Assembly: GCA_021613535.1 (NCBI GenBank)
Contig: CP075496.1
Coordinates: 7,874,001-7,938,000, forward strand
Direction of reading: 5' to 3'
Length of the DNA: 64,000 nucleotides
From: Adineta vaga
Lineage: Eukaryota > Animalia > Rotifera
The notes beneath the pieces are model-generated. The model did not search any database, was not told where the DNA came from, and saw only the letters and a list, made by a program, of their open reading frames with translations. A program made the position numbers and the translations under genes. Positions 25,632 to 43,441 of this stretch are shown in pieces. Each line of letters begins with the position of its first letter. Position 1 is the first letter of the stretch.

Positions 25632-28600
25632 ATGAGTACTCATATACGAGAAGTAATTTAAATTCGATTGGGAAACTTTGTTTTGATTGTTGTTTTGTTT
25701 TTTTTTCGTCATTAGGATTTGACACGTAATGAAAAAATTCAACAAGCGAAAAGAATTGTCAATGAAAATAAATATGTATTGGATGCTTGGGCAATACTCA
25801 TTCAAGATGCGCAGGTTTGTCGATATGATAACGAAAATTTGATTTAGAAGTTCGAAGATTTTTTTAGGAGAAGAAAATTACTGAGTCACGTGATTTTTAT
25901 GAATTATTAATTACACAATTTCCAACATGTGGAAAATTTTGGAAACTTTACATCGAAGCGGAAGTAAGTTTGAATTTTTTCAGAATGAACATATAATCTA
26001 AATCGAATCTTCTAGATCAAAGGACGAAATTATGAAAAAGTAGAAAAGGTAAGTATTTCAATATATGTATATATATAACTTCTATGGTTTGAAGTATGTA
26101 TTTTTGTTTTGTAGCTTTTTCAGAGATGTTTAATCAAAGTATTGAATATCGATTTATGGAAATGTTATTTGAATTATGTTCGTGATACAAAAGGCAAATT
26201 ATCATCATTCAGGTTGGATTTTTTTCTTAGTTTTTATCTAGATTTAATCTTGATTAGAAAGAGAATATCGAATTTTACAATGTTTATATATTTTTATATA
26301 TTATTTCAAAATAAATTTATTGATCATATGTTCCTTGTTCTTCTTCTCTGTTTAATAAGATCTAATTCAAGATTAATTTTTTTTGAAAAATGAAAATAAT
26401 GTAGCATGATATTGATTCTTATTGAGATGCGAAATAACTTGAATGTTTTTGTCTATTCAGGGAGAAAATGGCACAAGCATATGATTTTGCTTTGGAAAAA
26501 GTTGGAATGGATGTTTATTCATATACAATTTGGAATGATTATGTGTTTTTTCTTAAGGCAGTGTAAGTATTCATGAAGAGAAATTCACAACGATTGAGTC
26601 AGCTCTTTTTTTAAATTATGAACATTGATGCATTATTAATTCTTTCATATTTAAAAGGGACGCAATGGGTTCATTTGCTGAAAATCAAAAAATAACAGCT
26701 GTACGGAAAGTCTATCAAAAAGGTATTGTTACTCCAATGACTAGTATTGAATTATTATGGAAAGATTATTGTACATACGAGATGGTAAGTTGATATCGAT
26801 ACTGTAGAAATACATTGATCTATGAATAACGATATATAGAGTATAAATCCTACATTAGCAAAGAAAATTATTGAGGAACGTTCTCGTGATTTTATGAATG
26901 CGAAACGTGTTTCAAAAGAATTTGAAACATTAGTACGTACAATTGATCGTAATGTTCCATGTGTACCACCAACATCACCACAAGCATCGGAAGAAATCAA
27001 ACAATTAGCTGCTTGGAGAAAATTAATTACATGGGAAAAATCCAATCCATTAAAAACAGAAGATCCCTTAATTGTAACTCGCCGAGTCGTCCTAGCTTAT
27101 GAACAATGTTTACTTTGTCTTGGTTATCATGCTGATCTTTGGTATGCTACCTTCATTGCAAATTCTTAGACAACAAATTGTGTATTTTGATGTAGGTATG
27201 AAATATGCGCATATTTAGAACAAGTTTCTCGTACATATTCAGAACGTGGTGATACTCAATTGGCTAAACGTTTTCTTGATGAAGCTTCAACTTTATATGA
27301 ACGTGCAACACAAACATATATGCGTTCGAATATGCTCATTCATTTTGCTTATGCTGATTTTGAAGAACAACGTTTAAATGTTGATAAAGCTCGAGCTATT
27401 TATACTCGTCTCTTAGATGTAAACGAAGCAAATTTAAAAGATCCAACATTAGCTTATATTCAAGCAATGCGTTTTGAACGACGAGCTGATGGAATTAAAG
27501 CTGCACGTGCTATTTTCAAACGTGCACGAGAAGATACACGTACTAATCATCAAATTTATGTTGCCGCTGCTCTGATGGAATATTATTGTTCAAAAGATAA
27601 TAATATTGCATTTAATATATTTAATCTTGGTTTAAAGAAGTATAGTCAAAATCTTGATTATATATTAGCTTATATTGATTATATGACACATTTAAATGAA
27701 GATCATAATGCACGAGTTCTCTTCGAACGTGTTTTATCACCAGATAACCCAATTTCTAAACAATTACAACCAGTTATTTGGCAAGAGTTTTTAAAATTTG
27801 AATCTCAAGTAGGAGATTTTCAATCAATAAAAAAAGTGGAAAAACGTCGTGCAGCACTTTATTCTGAATTAAATGAATTAGAAGGTCGAGAAACTCTCTT
27901 ACTTATTGATCGATATAGATTTCTTAATTTATTACCATGTTCAAATGATGAACTTAAATTACTTGGCTATAAAGATATGCCACAAACGAATTTATCATCA
28001 ATGAGTACTGTATTATTCAATAATAGTTCAACAACTAATAGTGCAGCTTTATTGGAACAAGCAGCTCGTGATCGACGAGCAGTTCTACCTCGACCTGATA
28101 TTAGACACATGATGCCATATCGACCAACACGAAACCCATTACCGGGCAGTCATGCAACGCCTGGTGGAATATTTCCTTTACCTGATACAGCACTTTATTT
28201 GGTTAAGGTTCTTCCACCATCACGAAATTTTGAAGTAATTTCCACATTTTCAATAGAATAATGTTACTAACATACTTTATTGTTCGATTTTTTTTCTTTT
28301 TACAGGGTCCATTTGTTATTGTGGATGATTTAATGGAACGTATGACTCGTCTTAGTATTCCAGATAGTAAGTTTTTCTACGAAAGAAACCTGTCTCAATT
28401 TAACTTTTCCTCTCAAATGAACAGTCGAACAGAGAGTTTCCGTCTTCATATTTTCCTTATGAGCTGTTAAACCGAACAGCATTCAATAAGTTGGTCATCT
28501 TTTCGCATCTTTAGACTTCGAACCAATACGTCTCGGTGTTCAAGGTGAACTGATTCGTGAACTTGATTCGTCCAATAGTGTGAATAATTCACAAAGTCGT

Positions 28601-28762
28601 AAAACTGGTCTCGGTGATAGTGATGATGAAGAATTGCCATCGAAATCAACAATAAGTGAACGTTCAACAATGGATATCTATCGATTACGACAACAAAAAC
28701 GTGTCAAACTTACGACAAATACCAATTCTTCTGATCAAACTACACCTCCGGTGCTTACTTAA
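25632..28762 (+). CDS. CSTF3: cleavage stimulation factor 77 kDa subunit (Suppressor of forked), multi-exon
   Basis: HAT repeats, [51 protein letters not shown]-terminal [10 protein letters not shown]. Confidence 0.96.
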
Positions 28763-29712
28763 TTTCTTTGTCTTTTTTTTCCTGTTTGTATATCATGTTC
28801 ATTCTGAACAATTGTGTATATCAATAAATGATCATCGATCGAAACACTAATTCGAATCATCATTACAAACACGATTTCTTCTTCATTTTCAGATGTCTCA
28901 ATCTTGAAGATTTTTCGAAAGGAATTCTTCTAATCATATTTGGATAGTATTTTTCAATAGAAATTTAAGATTTCATTTACTTATGTCAATCTACATTCAA
29001 GACAACTTATCTATATGCTAATATACACAAATTCGTCAATTTGAGTCCTTTTGAAAAATTATATTCTTTAACATTAAATCGATGCGAATTATGGCGAATC
29101 GTAACAAATCTTAGCTGTATTCAGACTTGAAAATATACGTGTCTTAGAACTTGATTTACATGAAATATACGATCGCATAGTTTTCATGTTTTATGAGTCA
29201 TAGTATGACATGAATGACAGCTTTTTTTTGCAATATAAGTATTGCACAATGAGAACGAAAATTGTTTTATACGTCATCTTTTACTAGATATGTACATCGA
29301 ATGACTCTTCATTTGTTTTTATGAAATTGTTTGACTGATGTTGGATTGAATCAAACTCAGTTTGTGATATATCTTGGTGTCAAATAAGATGAGATCATAT
29401 TCAATGTATTTGAGATGACAGGTTTTCTCGTAGAATATATTTCAGCAATTCATCATCTTGACGAATTTTACAGGAAATGATGAAGAAAATCTCATCGACG
29501 GTTATAGATCTGATTAATATTGATTAGATCGAATTCAAAAAACAGATATTTACTTGTGATATATACCCGGATGATATAATAATTCAAGTGAAATAACTAT
29601 TTTTTATAATTTTTTTTAAATAAATGAAATAAGATAACCGATATTTTCTTATGAGAATCAATCCATTCTCAATAACCTCATTCTACTAACTGTTTGTCTT
29701 CTTTTTTTTCAG

Positions 29713-30890
29713 ATGTCGTCAGCATTATTCGATCTTATTTTACTTTGGTTACCTACAGAATCAGATACGGATTATATTGAATTGCAAAACTCGGTAAAAA
29801 CAGAATTTCCAACTCAACTTCAAGTAAATCTATTCACAAAAACACAAGATGCAATCAAATATTTCGAATCGGACAGATCATTACCAGCCATTGTTATTAC
29901 CAAATTAGGTATGACTGATGAAAGTCTAGGTCAACCATTAATTGAAACAATTCGTCGTCATGATAAACGTACATTTATTATTCTTCATTCATATAAAGTT
30001 TGTGCTGATCCAAATCTCCGGTAAATATATTCAATAGACATCAATCTGAAATACACTCTTCTTTTGTTTCATCTAGATGGTATTTCGCTGAACTTGGTGT
30101 AAATATGATAACGGAATTTCTTACACAAATTCGCAGTGTTTTACATAAACTAATTCCTTTGGGTCAGCCAAGTCCTAAGCCGACCTATTCGTGTCCATAT
30201 TGCAAATGGCCGTCGTTATCTTTTTCTCAACTTTATGCACATGTTCCTCTTTATCATACGAATGAAACGGGACTATCAGTGAAATGTGATGTATGTCAAC
30301 GAGCAACACGTAATTATGCAGTACATTTACATGAAGAACATAATCAAGATATTCAACAAACACCTTCAGCTGCACCTTTATATGCATTTGCATTAGTTGT
30401 ATGTCAACGTAAAAGTGATAATCGTTTTCTTCTTGTTCAAGAATCAGGTTCGATGGGTTTTTGGTTACCTGGTGGTCGAGTTGAAGTTGGAGAACAATTA
30501 GATAAAGCTGCAGAACGTGAAACATTAGAAGAAGCGGGTGTTCACGTCAAAATTACCGGCATATTAAAAATTGAATTTACACCCAAATCAAATATGAATC
30601 GTCTACGAGTCATCTTTTTTGCTGAACCAGCTGATGAACAAAATTGTGAACCGAAAACTATACCTGATTATGAAAGGTTAGTTCATTTCAGTATATCGAA
30701 AACGTCTCTCTTATTAATAGTATTTTTTATTTATTATAGTTATGGAGCGATGTGGTTAACATATGATCAAACAGTACAATGTGGTACACAAAATCAATTA
30801 CGTGGAAGTGAACCATTGAAATGGTTTAAATATATTACTCAAAGTGGCACTGTACATCCGTTGAGTATACTTTCAAAAAGTGAACTTTGA
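29713..30890 (+). CDS. Nudix hydrolase with N-terminal receiver-like domain and Di19/KCMF1-type zinc fingers (3 exons)
   Basis: Nudix box GGRVEVGEQLDKAAERETLEEAGV; CPYC...H...H and CDVC...HLHEEH fingers; introns ~30021-30076 and ~30676-30739. Confidence 0.85.
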
Positions 30891-31019
30891 GAATTTTTGT
30901 TTAAATTTTATTTTTAAATCCTGAAAAATCAAATCGTTTTTTTATCAATCACTACTTGTTTTTCTTTCTCATATCACACAAATTCTTACGCATACATAAA
31001 GCGAACGTCTATGGTAAAT

Positions 31020-32326
31020 CTATTTTTTATGACGCATTCTTTGAACAATACGCTCTGTTTGTGCCATACTGACTGCGTCTTCTCGTAAGTCATAACTCAT
31101 AGGTGCAGCTGCTGACTCTGCTGTTGCTGTTGTTGTTGTTGTTGGTGACTCTGCTTCGTCTTCAGCACTTTCTTCGAGCTCGCGTCGATAAGCTGCACGT
31201 GTTCGACGTGTACGAAAAACAGGTTCTGGGTGTGGTTCTACTTTATATTGACTTCGTAAATCTTTCATATCAACACATTTCGAATAGGTTTCTCTGGCAA
31301 GCGATGAAGTTGCTCCACCTAAATTTTCCATTTGTTTAACACGTGCTTTCTTACTTATCAATAGACGATTAACTCTTGCAGTTACTTCTTGTTCATCAAC
31401 ACCTTCTTCTTCTGCTTGTTTCATTTCACGATTAATATCTTCTTGAGCATCTTGCATTAATCGTTCTAAAGAAATTTCTTCTCGTACACCACCAATGATG
31501 ACTTGTGCAAGTAATTTCGCATTGACCATAGGTACATATTGACCACCAGTAATATAAGCAATAGACATGAAAAAATCACGATAAGGTACTACAAAAAGAA
31601 AGAAATTTTCGAAAGTTTAAAAAAAAACTCTTTATTCCAATTGTCGAAACTAACCAATAGATGGTTCAACTCCGACAACGTATAATGTGATTTGTTTTTC
31701 TGCCATTTCTCGTACAGTTTTAATTGGATCAACTCCAGAAGGATCTCCCTCAGGAAAGCCATCGCCATTACTAGGATCAAGTCCATGTGGTGGTGCATCA
31801 GATATGAGTACACAGATTTTTGTTGCTTCAGGACGCCATGATAATTTTAAAACATCATGAAGAGCATCAGCAACTGCTTCTGGTGTATCACCACCACCGA
31901 CTGCTTCACATTGTTCAAGCCAACCTTTCATTTCTTTAACTTTCTTTGTAAAATCATGTACACGGGTTACAAATGTATTTTCCTAGATAGAGAGGAGTTT
32001 TTATGACATAAAACGAAAACAATTTAAAAGTTTTTAAGACTGACTTGAGGAGGATGATCACGGTATTCGACAAGAGCTAAATGAATATCACTTTTTTCGC
32101 TGGTAACAATCTCTTCTACAATAGAACGAATATTCTGTGTAGCACTTTCGATGTAGCTACCCATTGACCCCGTACAATCCATTGCAAAAACCAGATCTAG
32201 ATTTAATTTTCTTAGTTGATAAAAAGAAATACCATTAAAATCAAAGAATTATTTACCGAGTACACTCGAATCATGTTTTGCTAATTGAGGTTGCTCTGGC
32301 TTTTCAATATGTAAAGGACTTGCCAT
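31020..32326 (-). CDS. vWA (MIDAS) domain protein, vwkA/alpha-kinase-associated type
   Basis: DLVFAMDCTGSMGSYI, EYRDHPPQ, GGGDTPEAVADAL, LISDAPPHGL; 4 exons. Confidence 0.88.
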
Positions 32327-32641
32327 GTTATAAGTCTGGAAATTTGTTCTATCGAAAATGTTTTTGAATTTGTGATTCTACTACCGTTCTCTTATGTTTA
32401 TTGACAAGTTTTTCTGTGTTTTTATCCTTGAGTGTGCAAATAAAAAGCATTTTTTCTTCTACTTGCTTAGCATAGCAATGATTCATTTGAAAAGGAAACA
32501 AAAAGAAAGATGATGATGAGAACTAGTTTTTCCTCTGTTGTCAACGAGATGAAAAAAAAAGTTCCAATGACATCTATAACGAAATAAAAACATCTGGGTT
32601 TATTGTCTTTTTTAGAATAATAACAAATAATCAATCTAGTC

Positions 32642-35280
32642 ATGTCAACAACTCGTGAACGATATCTTGAATGGAAACATCGTTGTTTATTACCACAATT
32701 ACCAATTGAAATTTGGGCTCATATTTTTTCTTATCTTCGTATTAATGATTTCTTTTCTATACGTCTTGTTTCACGTTTATTCTATTCCTGTATTAATCAA
32801 CATACACATTTCTGGTCATCAATTATTTTTGACGTTGATCAATGTCCCAATTATTCGATAGCACCAACGTTTTTTCGACACATTCGTTCATCAAATATTG
32901 AATTATTTACCAAATCAGATCTTTATTCACATTGTACGATTTATTTAAAATCTCAGCCTGTAATTAATTCAATAAATAAACGACGAAAACGTCAATTATT
33001 CAAAGCTCACTATGATGATGAACAATCAAAGAAAAAATGTTATTTACGTTGTACATCTGTTCATTTCGAAACACTTCGTTCATTTGATCAATTACAATTA
33101 GAATATCTATTGAAAAATCGAATACGTCGATTAGAATTTTCATATGAATGTTTATCATATGAGCCATCACCCATTTTCCTTTTAAAATTAGAACGATTAA
33201 AACATTTGAAAATATCCTTTGTTCATAATATTATTGAACTTGATACATTTGCTGTTATGTTAATTAATACAATACGTGATATTGTAGCTTTATTATTTAA
33301 ATTAAGAAGGTATGAAATATTTTTATCGTTTTCTTTTCAGAATTACCGGAATACGTAACATCTCAGTTATCTGTAAGGATAGAATACATACAAAATGATA
33401 TTAAGAGATCCTCAGTTTTGTTTTTATTTCAGCAACGAAGTTTTCGAAAAGAATTCATTTCTTTACATATCCACAAATTCTTTCTGAAGTAATTCATTTT
33501 ATTTGCAGATAGTAAAATGTTTCTATCTCAACGAATTCTCTTAGTCGATGGATTGACTCTAGTGATTCTATGCTTTGTGAGTCTACTTGGTGATTGTCTA
33601 TGCTTTGGTCGACCATGGTCATTCTATGTTATTTCCAATACATATCTTCGTGCTATAACGGATAATTTCACTCACGGTCTGATTAGTGTCATTTCAACAT
33701 ATTTCCTATTCGGTTGGACTCGTCGTTCCTTATTCATTATTGCTTTTATTGCGGGTTCATTTGTTGATTGTGATCATTTTATTGAAGTTCGTTCGTTCTC
33801 ATTACATCGAGCTTTATATGATCAACCACGAAGTCGACCTTTTCTTCATAACACTCTTCTTCTATTGGTAGTGACTATTATTGTCGTTCTTGGTGAATAT
33901 TTTCTTTGGCAATCTCATCAAATTTATTATTCAACCATTTTCTTTCTTGGTTGGTCAACACATCATTTAAGAGATGCTCAAAGACGTGGTTTAACATTAA
34001 CACCATTAGGAGAAACTTCACCCATTAACTATTACATACCAATTATGTGCCAAGCACTTGTCATAGTTAAATTGCTTTACATGTTTGTTTTTCCTATACG
34101 AACAATACCTGTAAATCTATCCATTGTATAAAATAAAAATATTAGGATAATATTCAATGATAATGTTCATATTCCGATAATTTTGAAATGAAACTGAAAA
34201 TCTGTTCAATCATACAAATAGAAATAGTTTTTCATATACTACAGATAAATATACAAAAAGAATCTTTTCTTTCTTCTCATTTCAGGTTGAAATCACTTAC
34301 TCTTCACAATTTATATCTCATTCATGCTTTTCCTGAAGATAGTACGTCAAATGAAATATTTTTAAGAAATGAATGTTCATTATTTGTTTGCTTTAAGGTT
34401 ATTCTATTGATCAACTTCGATCAATATGGTTCGAAAATTGTGTCAATATTCATTTTCTTCTGTCTGCTATCGATAAACAATACTTAAAAGTATCAAATCT
34501 GATCTTTACTTTGAAAATAAAACCTATTTTATTTTATAATTTGATTATAGACGATTGTAATACGTCATTCAACATGTGATCGAAATAGTTTAACAACATT
34601 TCTTGATCAACTTGAAACGCTTCATTATTTAGATTTAGCGTCATTACAAAGTAATCATGCAATAAATAAATAAATATCCCTTTTAGTTAAGTTTATTTTT
34701 GATGATCTTTTAGTCATTAATTCAACGAATGATAATCATGAGCAATTGTACATACCATCCAACTTAAAAAGATTCAGTTTAAATGATACACTCTTTCAGT
34801 TCTCTACCTTTCAATCTTCTGCATCATTACGTTCATTGGAATTAATAGATGTCAATGTGCAACAATTAGCAACTGTATTTACTACATGTCAAGCCTTGCA
34901 GATTATATGCCTTTTGTAAGTGAAAGATATTCGATTTCATTCTTTGGTAGAGCGTCCTTTGTAAAAGAATAAAATCGTATTTCTGTATCAAATTCCTCTG
35001 CAATAGTTTAGTAAATCGTATGGAAAATATCCTTATCCTTTTATTTGATTGTATAGTATATTCACTATTTCATATTCAATTATCTTCTAGTTTCATCACT
35101 CAACATCCTTCTTTACCTTCCATTATCAAATATTTCCGGAAACATCATTATTCACGAATAACCATTCATCTTCATGTCTCAATAATTGATGAGAATGAAA
35201 AGCAAACTTTACCATCGAATATTTTCATAATTCCAATTCAAAATTCTCCAACCTGTTTTTGTTATCAAAATCGAATCTAA
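32642..35280 (+). CDS. F-box/LRR-like protein (6 exons; intron 1 hosts TMEM267)
   Basis: F-box LPQLPIEIWAHIFSYL...VSRLF. Exon 1 ends at 33309 and splices in phase to 34286 (R-LKSLTLHNL). Further in-phase exons at ~34398, 34551, 34714 and 35057 carry LRR-like motifs. Confidence 0.75.
33517..34131 (+). CDS. TMEM267: transmembrane protein 267 (intronless, nested)
   Basis: LRAITDNFTHG, FVDCDHF, RPFLH and WSTHHLRDAQRRGL..P.GET match TMEM267 family motifs. Confidence 0.88.
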   Translation: MFLSQRILLVDGLTLVILCFVSLLGDCLCFGRPWSFYVISNTYLRAITDNFTHGLISVISTYFLFGWTRRSLFIIAFIAGSFVDCDHFIEVRSFSLHRALYDQPRSRPFLHNTLLLLVVTIIVVLGEYFLWQSHQIYYSTIFFLGWSTHHLRDAQRRGLTLTPLGETSPINYYIPIMCQALVIVKLLYMFVFPIRTIPVNLSIV

Positions 35281-35550
35281 TGACTTGTCTATCAATCTGT
35301 TTAAAAGATGTGTCTTTTTTCCAAGAAATTAACTTCTTTGTTTTTTTAAAAAATAAATAAACAAACAAACACGCACACGCGTACAAGAGAAGAGAAGAAG
35401 AAGAAGAGAGAGAAAAACTGTTGTTGAAACACCTTTTTTGTTTGTTTGTCTTTTTTTTCTGTATGAGTTTTGAAACGAACGAGAGAAAGAGAAAAAGAAA
35501 GGAAAAGAAAGAAGGAAGGAAAGAGAGACAGAGAGAACAAAAAAGAACAT

Positions 35551-37669
35551 CTACATGTCCATCGTCGGTTGTTGTACGACTAGTTCATCAAGAACGAGAT
35601 CAAATTCAAGTGGACAATCAATAAATGGTAAAGCAACCAGACCCAATGGTCGATTAAGTGTATCAACCGCTGTCAATGATGTTGACATCGAGTCTGATGT
35701 TAGAGGTAATTCTTTAGTCCTTTCTCGTTCGTAAACAAAAGCAAGTTGATCAATTGGAACCAAAAGTAAATCAGGTCTTGCTTCTAGTTCTCGTGCATCA
35801 TGTTCATCTAATACACGTCGACGATGAGCTTCAACAAGATCAGCAACTGTAGCATAGGTTGAACATATAGTGGTTAAATCAGATGATAATGGTGTTGACT
35901 GTTCGATAGTAGATGATTCGATTTCATGTTGTTGCTGTCGTGATTGTTGTTGATCAGACTGTTTTCTTCGACGTTTCTTTTTTGGAATGACAGGTATAGA
36001 TGATGGCGGTTCTGGAATGTTTGTAGAAATAGGCCATGATGTCGTACTACCGATGGATGACGATGACGAAGAAGATGGAGATATAGGAGAGCCACCAGCA
36101 CTACTACCATTTTCCCAATTTGTATTTGCTGTAAGTAATGTCGATGATGGACGTCGTACAAGTCCTGTACGTTTTGAAGATGATGAACCGGTTGATAATG
36201 TGGAGTTAGTAGGAGATATGATATTTGGAAGGGTAGACGATGGTAATTGCTTTTGATAGTTAGTACTAAAAAGAAAGAAGATTTAGTTCATAATACTCTA
36301 TCTCAAAACGTCTGAAATCATCAGTATGATTTTTAATCGTATGAAAAGATTGCAATTGTACAACGACAAGATTCGATATTTTATCTTCAGTATGATGATG
36401 TCGAATCGAATATCATACATTATTTAGATTCGTCGGCATATACAATCCTCTTTTTTCTCAACAAATTCAGTGTCATTCTATCTTTTTACGAGTATAATAT
36501 TCTCACAGTGCATGTTGTTTGCCGTAAAGAGACAAGTCATTTTTAAATCTTTGTATTTATCTACATGTACAAATGAAATTCTAGTCAGTTTAATTAACTT
36601 CGCTGATATCTGAAACAAATCTGTAGGATTATATCAAATGTTTTGATACTTGTCACTTATAATGATTAACTCAACAGAAGCAAAAATGATGCAATAATGT
36701 TACTGAAACAGTTTAGAAAACTATCATTATAGATATATAATTACTTGGCATTCGGAGTATTTGTATCTCTTCCGTGATGTAAGGCTGAATAATCAACTTT
36801 TCCTGTATCATATAAACTTTCATCTACGATTTGATTTTGTAAAATAGCATTCACAGTTGGTGTTTGAGTAGAGAGAACATCCGGTTGATTCATTTGCATT
36901 TCCATGAGAAGTTGTTGAGTAGTTTTAAGTCTTGGTAAACTTGGATCAGTAATTGTTGGTGCAGGAGAGATAGGAGGTGGTGGTGTAATAGGTGTTTCAA
37001 CTTGAGTTTTTCGTCGTTTAGCAGATAAACCATTGACTTCTGAATCATGTTTTCGTTTTGGTTTAGCATTTATATCATTGTTATTATTAGGTGTTATTGA
37101 TGGATTAATTTTAACTTTCAATATTAATCGAGGTTTTTCTGATGTTGGCGATGGTGTTTCATGATTTTCACCGTTAACCGAAGGTACCGAAGGGGTGGAT
37201 GGAGGTGGAATAGATGATAATGAATGATTACTATCTGTTTGTGCTGTATTAAGTAAACCTTGCCAAGATCGTAGAAGTTTCTTTGCACGTTGAGCTATTT
37301 CAATAATCGCTTGAGGATTATCTCCTGCTTGTTGAGCACTTTTTTTCCGTGCATCGATCTTTTGTCTTATAGTATTGATTTCTCGACCAAGACGAGTTGT
37401 CTATAATAAAGAAAAGAAATTTTTCTTAAAAAATAGAAAAGAAAACTATTAACGATGACAAACTTGTAATTGATCTCTGGTAATGGGGATTTTTTCTAAT
37501 TGTGTAATAACATCCAATACTGTTTCAGCATTAGTTACCTAAAGATATTTGTTATTCAAAAAAAGATACTAACACAAAGGAGGGAGAAGATTTTTACATT
37601 ATATTCAGCATCAATGGCGCTCAACAAACTATTTTTGAGCGTGTCAAGCGACGACGAATCAGTTTGCAT
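35551..37669 (-). CDS. MED26: Mediator subunit 26-like
   Basis: N-terminal TFIIS-N domain (VLDVITQLEKIPITRDQLQTTRLGREIN...AQRAKKLLRSWQ), RLKTTQQL motif and C-terminal LVALPFIDC. Confidence 0.8.
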
Positions 37670-38333
37670 TGAATATATTTTTTTTATAGTTCAAGAAATT
37701 GAATCGACAGTGGAAAAAACAGAAGTAATGAAAAAAACGAAAAATGATGATTAAATCGAATATTTTTGTTGAACGATCATATTTGATTAATGATAATAAT
37801 AATAAACAAAAAATTTATATGTATACAGTAATGTCCTTCATTCGTTTTTCTTTTCTACTATGTACATATTACACACAGATCAATAGAAATAGCAATAATA
37901 AATAATAAACAATATGATTAAAGACAAGAGAAGTTCAATAATTGATCTACAAACAAGAGACTAGACTATATGGATGTTATGCGAAATTCAACTGAAATGA
38001 ATTGCTCTGTTCTGTATTTATTCCTTCGCTGCACTCGCCTCGCCCTTACATTGCTTAATGTATTGGTTTGATTTTTTTAACCAATAGGAAACACCGGTAC
38101 GACCTCTACACAATAGGAATATTCCAATTGGTTTGTATAGTTGAATAAACATAAGGAAATTTTTCTATTGAAGATGTCATCAACTGACGAAGACTCTTGT
38201 GAATTATTGTTGAAAAAAAGTTAAACTTCTGATTGGAATTTTCATTTGTTTTAATGCAGAAAATAATGAAAGATTTCGTCTAATATCTGACAACATTTGT
38301 TATATTATCTAGATGTTTTTGTTTATGTTTTAT

Positions 38334-42418
<4,085 letters not shown>

Positions 42419-42732
42419 CTTTCAAGAATATAAATTAGTGAGTGTACCGATTGATCATTCAATATGATTGGTTGAAATTTTACCATGTTTATGCTCGGAA
42501 ATCCTCTCTAATGATGAATGATCATCTAGTGATGTCACTAATATTTCATAGAGAGTATCCATAGTTTCCATTAGTCGATCAAGTTCGTTTATAGACGTAT
42601 GTATACATAGCGCCAGCTGGTACGAATATCTCTTTGACATATCGACCTATTGAATTGAATTTGAGTTATTCATATAATATTAAGTAATTGTTAGATTTAT
42701 TTCAGATTATTCGAGGATTCTATTACTTAAAT

Positions 42733-43441
42733 ATGTCTCAAGTTTGTGTTCTTTTTGAATAAATTAGAGATTAATATTATAAATGAAACTTCTTTTCCTA
42801 GGCAGAAGTGGATGATACATTGAAACGTATACAAGAACATAAAGGTGTACAAGGTTCTTTGATTATAAATAATGATGGTAAGAGAAAAATTGTAGCTATT
42901 TTTTCAACGCCTACATTTGTATTGAATGTCCTAATCGAAGCGTTTTTGTTTTTTCTTTCTGATAATCATTGATGTGTCACATTTGCCCGATCGAAGTTTC
43001 GACTGAATTGATTCTTTATGTTTACCGAACAATGAAATCTAATAAAAAATATCCTACGGACTATTTTACTTTGATCATCTAGAAAATGACGAGATATAAT
43101 CCTATAGAATTGAACAACTTTATTTATATAACTATTTGTGATTTTTGTTATTTCATTTAGGCATTCCAATTCGTTCAAGTCTTGATAGTTCATTAACTCA
43201 ACAATATGCCGCATTAATAAAATCATTATCTGATAAAGCTCGATCAGCTATTCGTGATATTGATCCAACCAATGAACTCGTCTTCTTTCGAATGCGTACA
43301 AAAAAACATGAAATTCTTGTTGCACCTGGTTCGTTTAAAACTCATTTCATCTATTTTATCTTTATTTTGATTCACTATTTTTGTTTATTTGTAGAAAAAG
43401 AATATACAATGATCGTTTTACAAGCTACAGATGTTTCTTAG
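42733..43441 (+). CDS. DYNLRB: dynein light chain roadblock-type (4 exons)
   Basis: MSQ|[18 protein letters not shown]...GIPIRSSLD...[26 protein letters not shown]; divergent from KRI1 across ~315 bp. Confidence 0.95.

Noticed and set aside
28860-29700. Gene-free AT-rich stretch examined for a MITE or ncRNA
   Set aside because: No terminal inverted repeats, target-site duplication or tRNA/snRNA motif seen.
42455-43226. Minus-strand ORFs 42455-42640 and 42966-43226
   Set aside because: They lie in the KRI1/DYNLRB promoter and a DYNLRB intron, are short, and lack motif or splice support.
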